From the NCBI RefSeq assembly GCF_021028975.2, contig NC_059435.1:41912001-41976000 (forward strand): DNA of 64,000 nucleotides, given 5' to 3'. The notes below the pieces were generated by a model. That model saw only the letters and a program-made list of their open reading frames with translations, was not told where the DNA came from and made no database searches. A program made the translations under genes and the position numbers. How positions within the stretch are numbered: position 1 is the stretch's first letter; each line of letters opens with the position of its first letter. Below, one piece after another: positions 62,230-64,000 of this stretch. The DNA comes from Sphaerodactylus townsendi. Lineage: Eukaryota.

Positions 62230-63330
62230 ATGCTTCATTTTATTCATGGCATTTTAATTAAACCACCAACTGAGAAGTCTAATAGGATTACCATGGAGAT
62301 ACTCTCCCGGGTAACCTTAAGACAAAAATCATCCACCAGGATTATTAGGGCCATCTTAGTCATATAGCCTGGCTGGAACTCTGAAAAAAATCTAGGAAAT
62401 AGAAGAGTGACACTGCACCACATGTAAAGGAGGGAAGGTTGGATTCTGTCCTGGATCTGGCCCAGTCCCAACCTCTCAACACATATAGGACCCTCCCCTA
62501 TAGGAGCATTGACAGGGTTTCCTGTCACTATGTCTGGCAGTCATATCAAATAATTAGTTGGCCTTTAGTGCTAAAGAACCTAACCTCATGAAGTGGCAAC
62601 CAGCTCATTCCACATTTTCTTAGGTAAAGTTGATTATCTGGATCCTCTCCAATCAGGATTCCAGTCTGAGAATGGGACAAAAAATCTTGATCATCCTGTT
62701 ACACGATCTAGACCAGGGTACAAACAGGAGGAATGTGCCATTCTTTGTTTTTCTTAGTGGTCTCTGACACTGGCGACCATGATGGCCTTCTGGGTCACTA
62801 TATTGGCCTAGGCCCGTGGTGGCGAACCTTTGGAACTCCAGATGTTATGGAATACAATTCCCATCAGGGGCTGATGAGAATTGTAGTCCATAACATCTGG
62901 AGTGCCAAAGGTTCGCCACCACGGGCCTAGGCTGTACAGACCTGTTCTGGTTTTACTCTCCCTTGGTGGGCAGGTGCCAGAAGCTGTTGTTCGGAGTTAT
63001 AGTATGCCCTCTCCTGGTCATTTGCCTATGGGATAAGCCAAATTTCTATCTTATTTCCCATGTAGATTATATGCAGCACCTTTTTTTAATTCCAGGGGAA
63101 TAGAAGTTCAAGCAAAATCCAATCTGCCCAATCATGTTGGTAACATCTACATTAGACAACTATAATTTGATTTATGTGGGTCTGCCCTTAAATACATTAG
63201 GGAAGCCTCGGCTGGTTTGGAACACAGCTGCCAGTGTACTTTCTGGAACTCTCTATAAGGAACAAATAACTTATTCTACTGCTGCTGCAATGGCTTCTGT
63301 GGTCACTTAGACCTTTAAAGCACTCCCATA
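62230..63330. mobile_element. Decayed L2-type LINE RT fragments (minus ~62230-62400; plus ~62600-63330)
   Basis: ORF 62244-62528 contains SEFQPGYMTKMALIILVDD...ILLDFS (non-LTR RT motif QSGFR...TETAL...DD...LLDLS). The plus strand has the matching ctggatcctctccaatcaggattc and, later, acatctacattagac. Confidence 0.65.
62814..62924. mobile_element. Family-B hAT MITE with an internal deletion (111 bp), nested in L2
   Basis: Perfect TSD GCCTAGGC at 62806-62813 and 62925-62932. The central ~35 bp of the hairpin is missing. Confidence 0.88.
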
Positions 63331-64000
63331 GAGAAATCTGGCCAAGAAAATTGTGTGGTAGCAACTGGCTCATGCAAGTTGTGTGGTGATGCAAGTTGTC
63401 TAGAGGCTGCTGTTGGCTCCAGGAGAGTTATATGGCATTCAGTTGTAGCCACCACCAGAGAGTTGTACAAATTTTATTGGTGGTGTCATGATTTTATTTT
63501 TCCTACTGAACTTATTTTATTTTATTGTTTGTATAGTTTAAATAGTTTGCAAGCTTTCTCAAGAACTCGAGTTATTGTACGAGGGGCAAAAAAGAACTTT
63601 AAGTGAAAAGCAATGAAAGCTGACAGTAGTTGTGGCAAACTAGAATCTTTTGCAAGTCAGCTTTCTCATGCATCCAAAGAAGGTAAGTAGTAATCATAAC
63701 CAAGTTCCATAGAGTCCCTGGAAAGAAGTCATACTGTTGGAATTTAGTTGCACAGCTGATTGGGTATGTGAGACCTATGGATTTTAAGGTTCACGTTCTA
63801 TTGAAATCTAAGCCGTCATTCCCTTTACATAACACACAAAGTCTAAACTGTATATAATTACTAACGTTCATCTTTGCAGACCTGGAGTGTAGCGTTAGAA
63901 GGCAATGCCTCTGAGCAAATCAGCATTTTTGCTGCAGCAACAGCTGGAAAGTGGGAATGATGTTTTATTTCCTCATGTTGTCTTGGCACTAGTCCAGCAG

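Noticed and set aside
63860-64000. Exon of a neighbouring gene after the acceptor-like CATCTTTGCAG
   Set aside because: No recognisable protein similarity or donor within the window.

Overview
Vertebrate genomic DNA, most likely a squamate reptile and possibly a gecko (inferred from Squam3-like and 5S-Sauria-like SINEs, CR1/L2/RTE LINE relics and hAT/Harbinger MITEs). The window holds the conserved block STK31(-) / FAM221A(-) / CCDC126(-) / TRA2A(+). I rebuilt exon chains by hand from GT-AG sites and reading-frame phase: STK31 5' portion (7 exons, gene continues past position 1), complete FAM221A (7 exons, 301 aa), complete CCDC126 CDS (2 coding exons, 137 aa) and complete TRA2A (8 coding exons, 283 aa). 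I found no convincing new multi-gene system. The most notable observations are: (i) two N-runs sit where the conserved TRA2A poison exon is expected and leave a GAA-rich island with stops in all three frames; (ii) a perfect 46-bp duplication of an STK31 3' splice site whose upstream copy gives an immediate stop; (iii) a ~1-kb non-autonomous Helitron with canonical ends; (iv) a DIRS tyrosine-recombinase retroelement fossil with its inverted repeats; (v) young CpG-rich MITEs with target-site duplications; (vi) three stacked uORFs in CCDC126; (vii) an A-B-A-C-B templated duplication. Gene and repeat names come from recalled homology, not from database searches.
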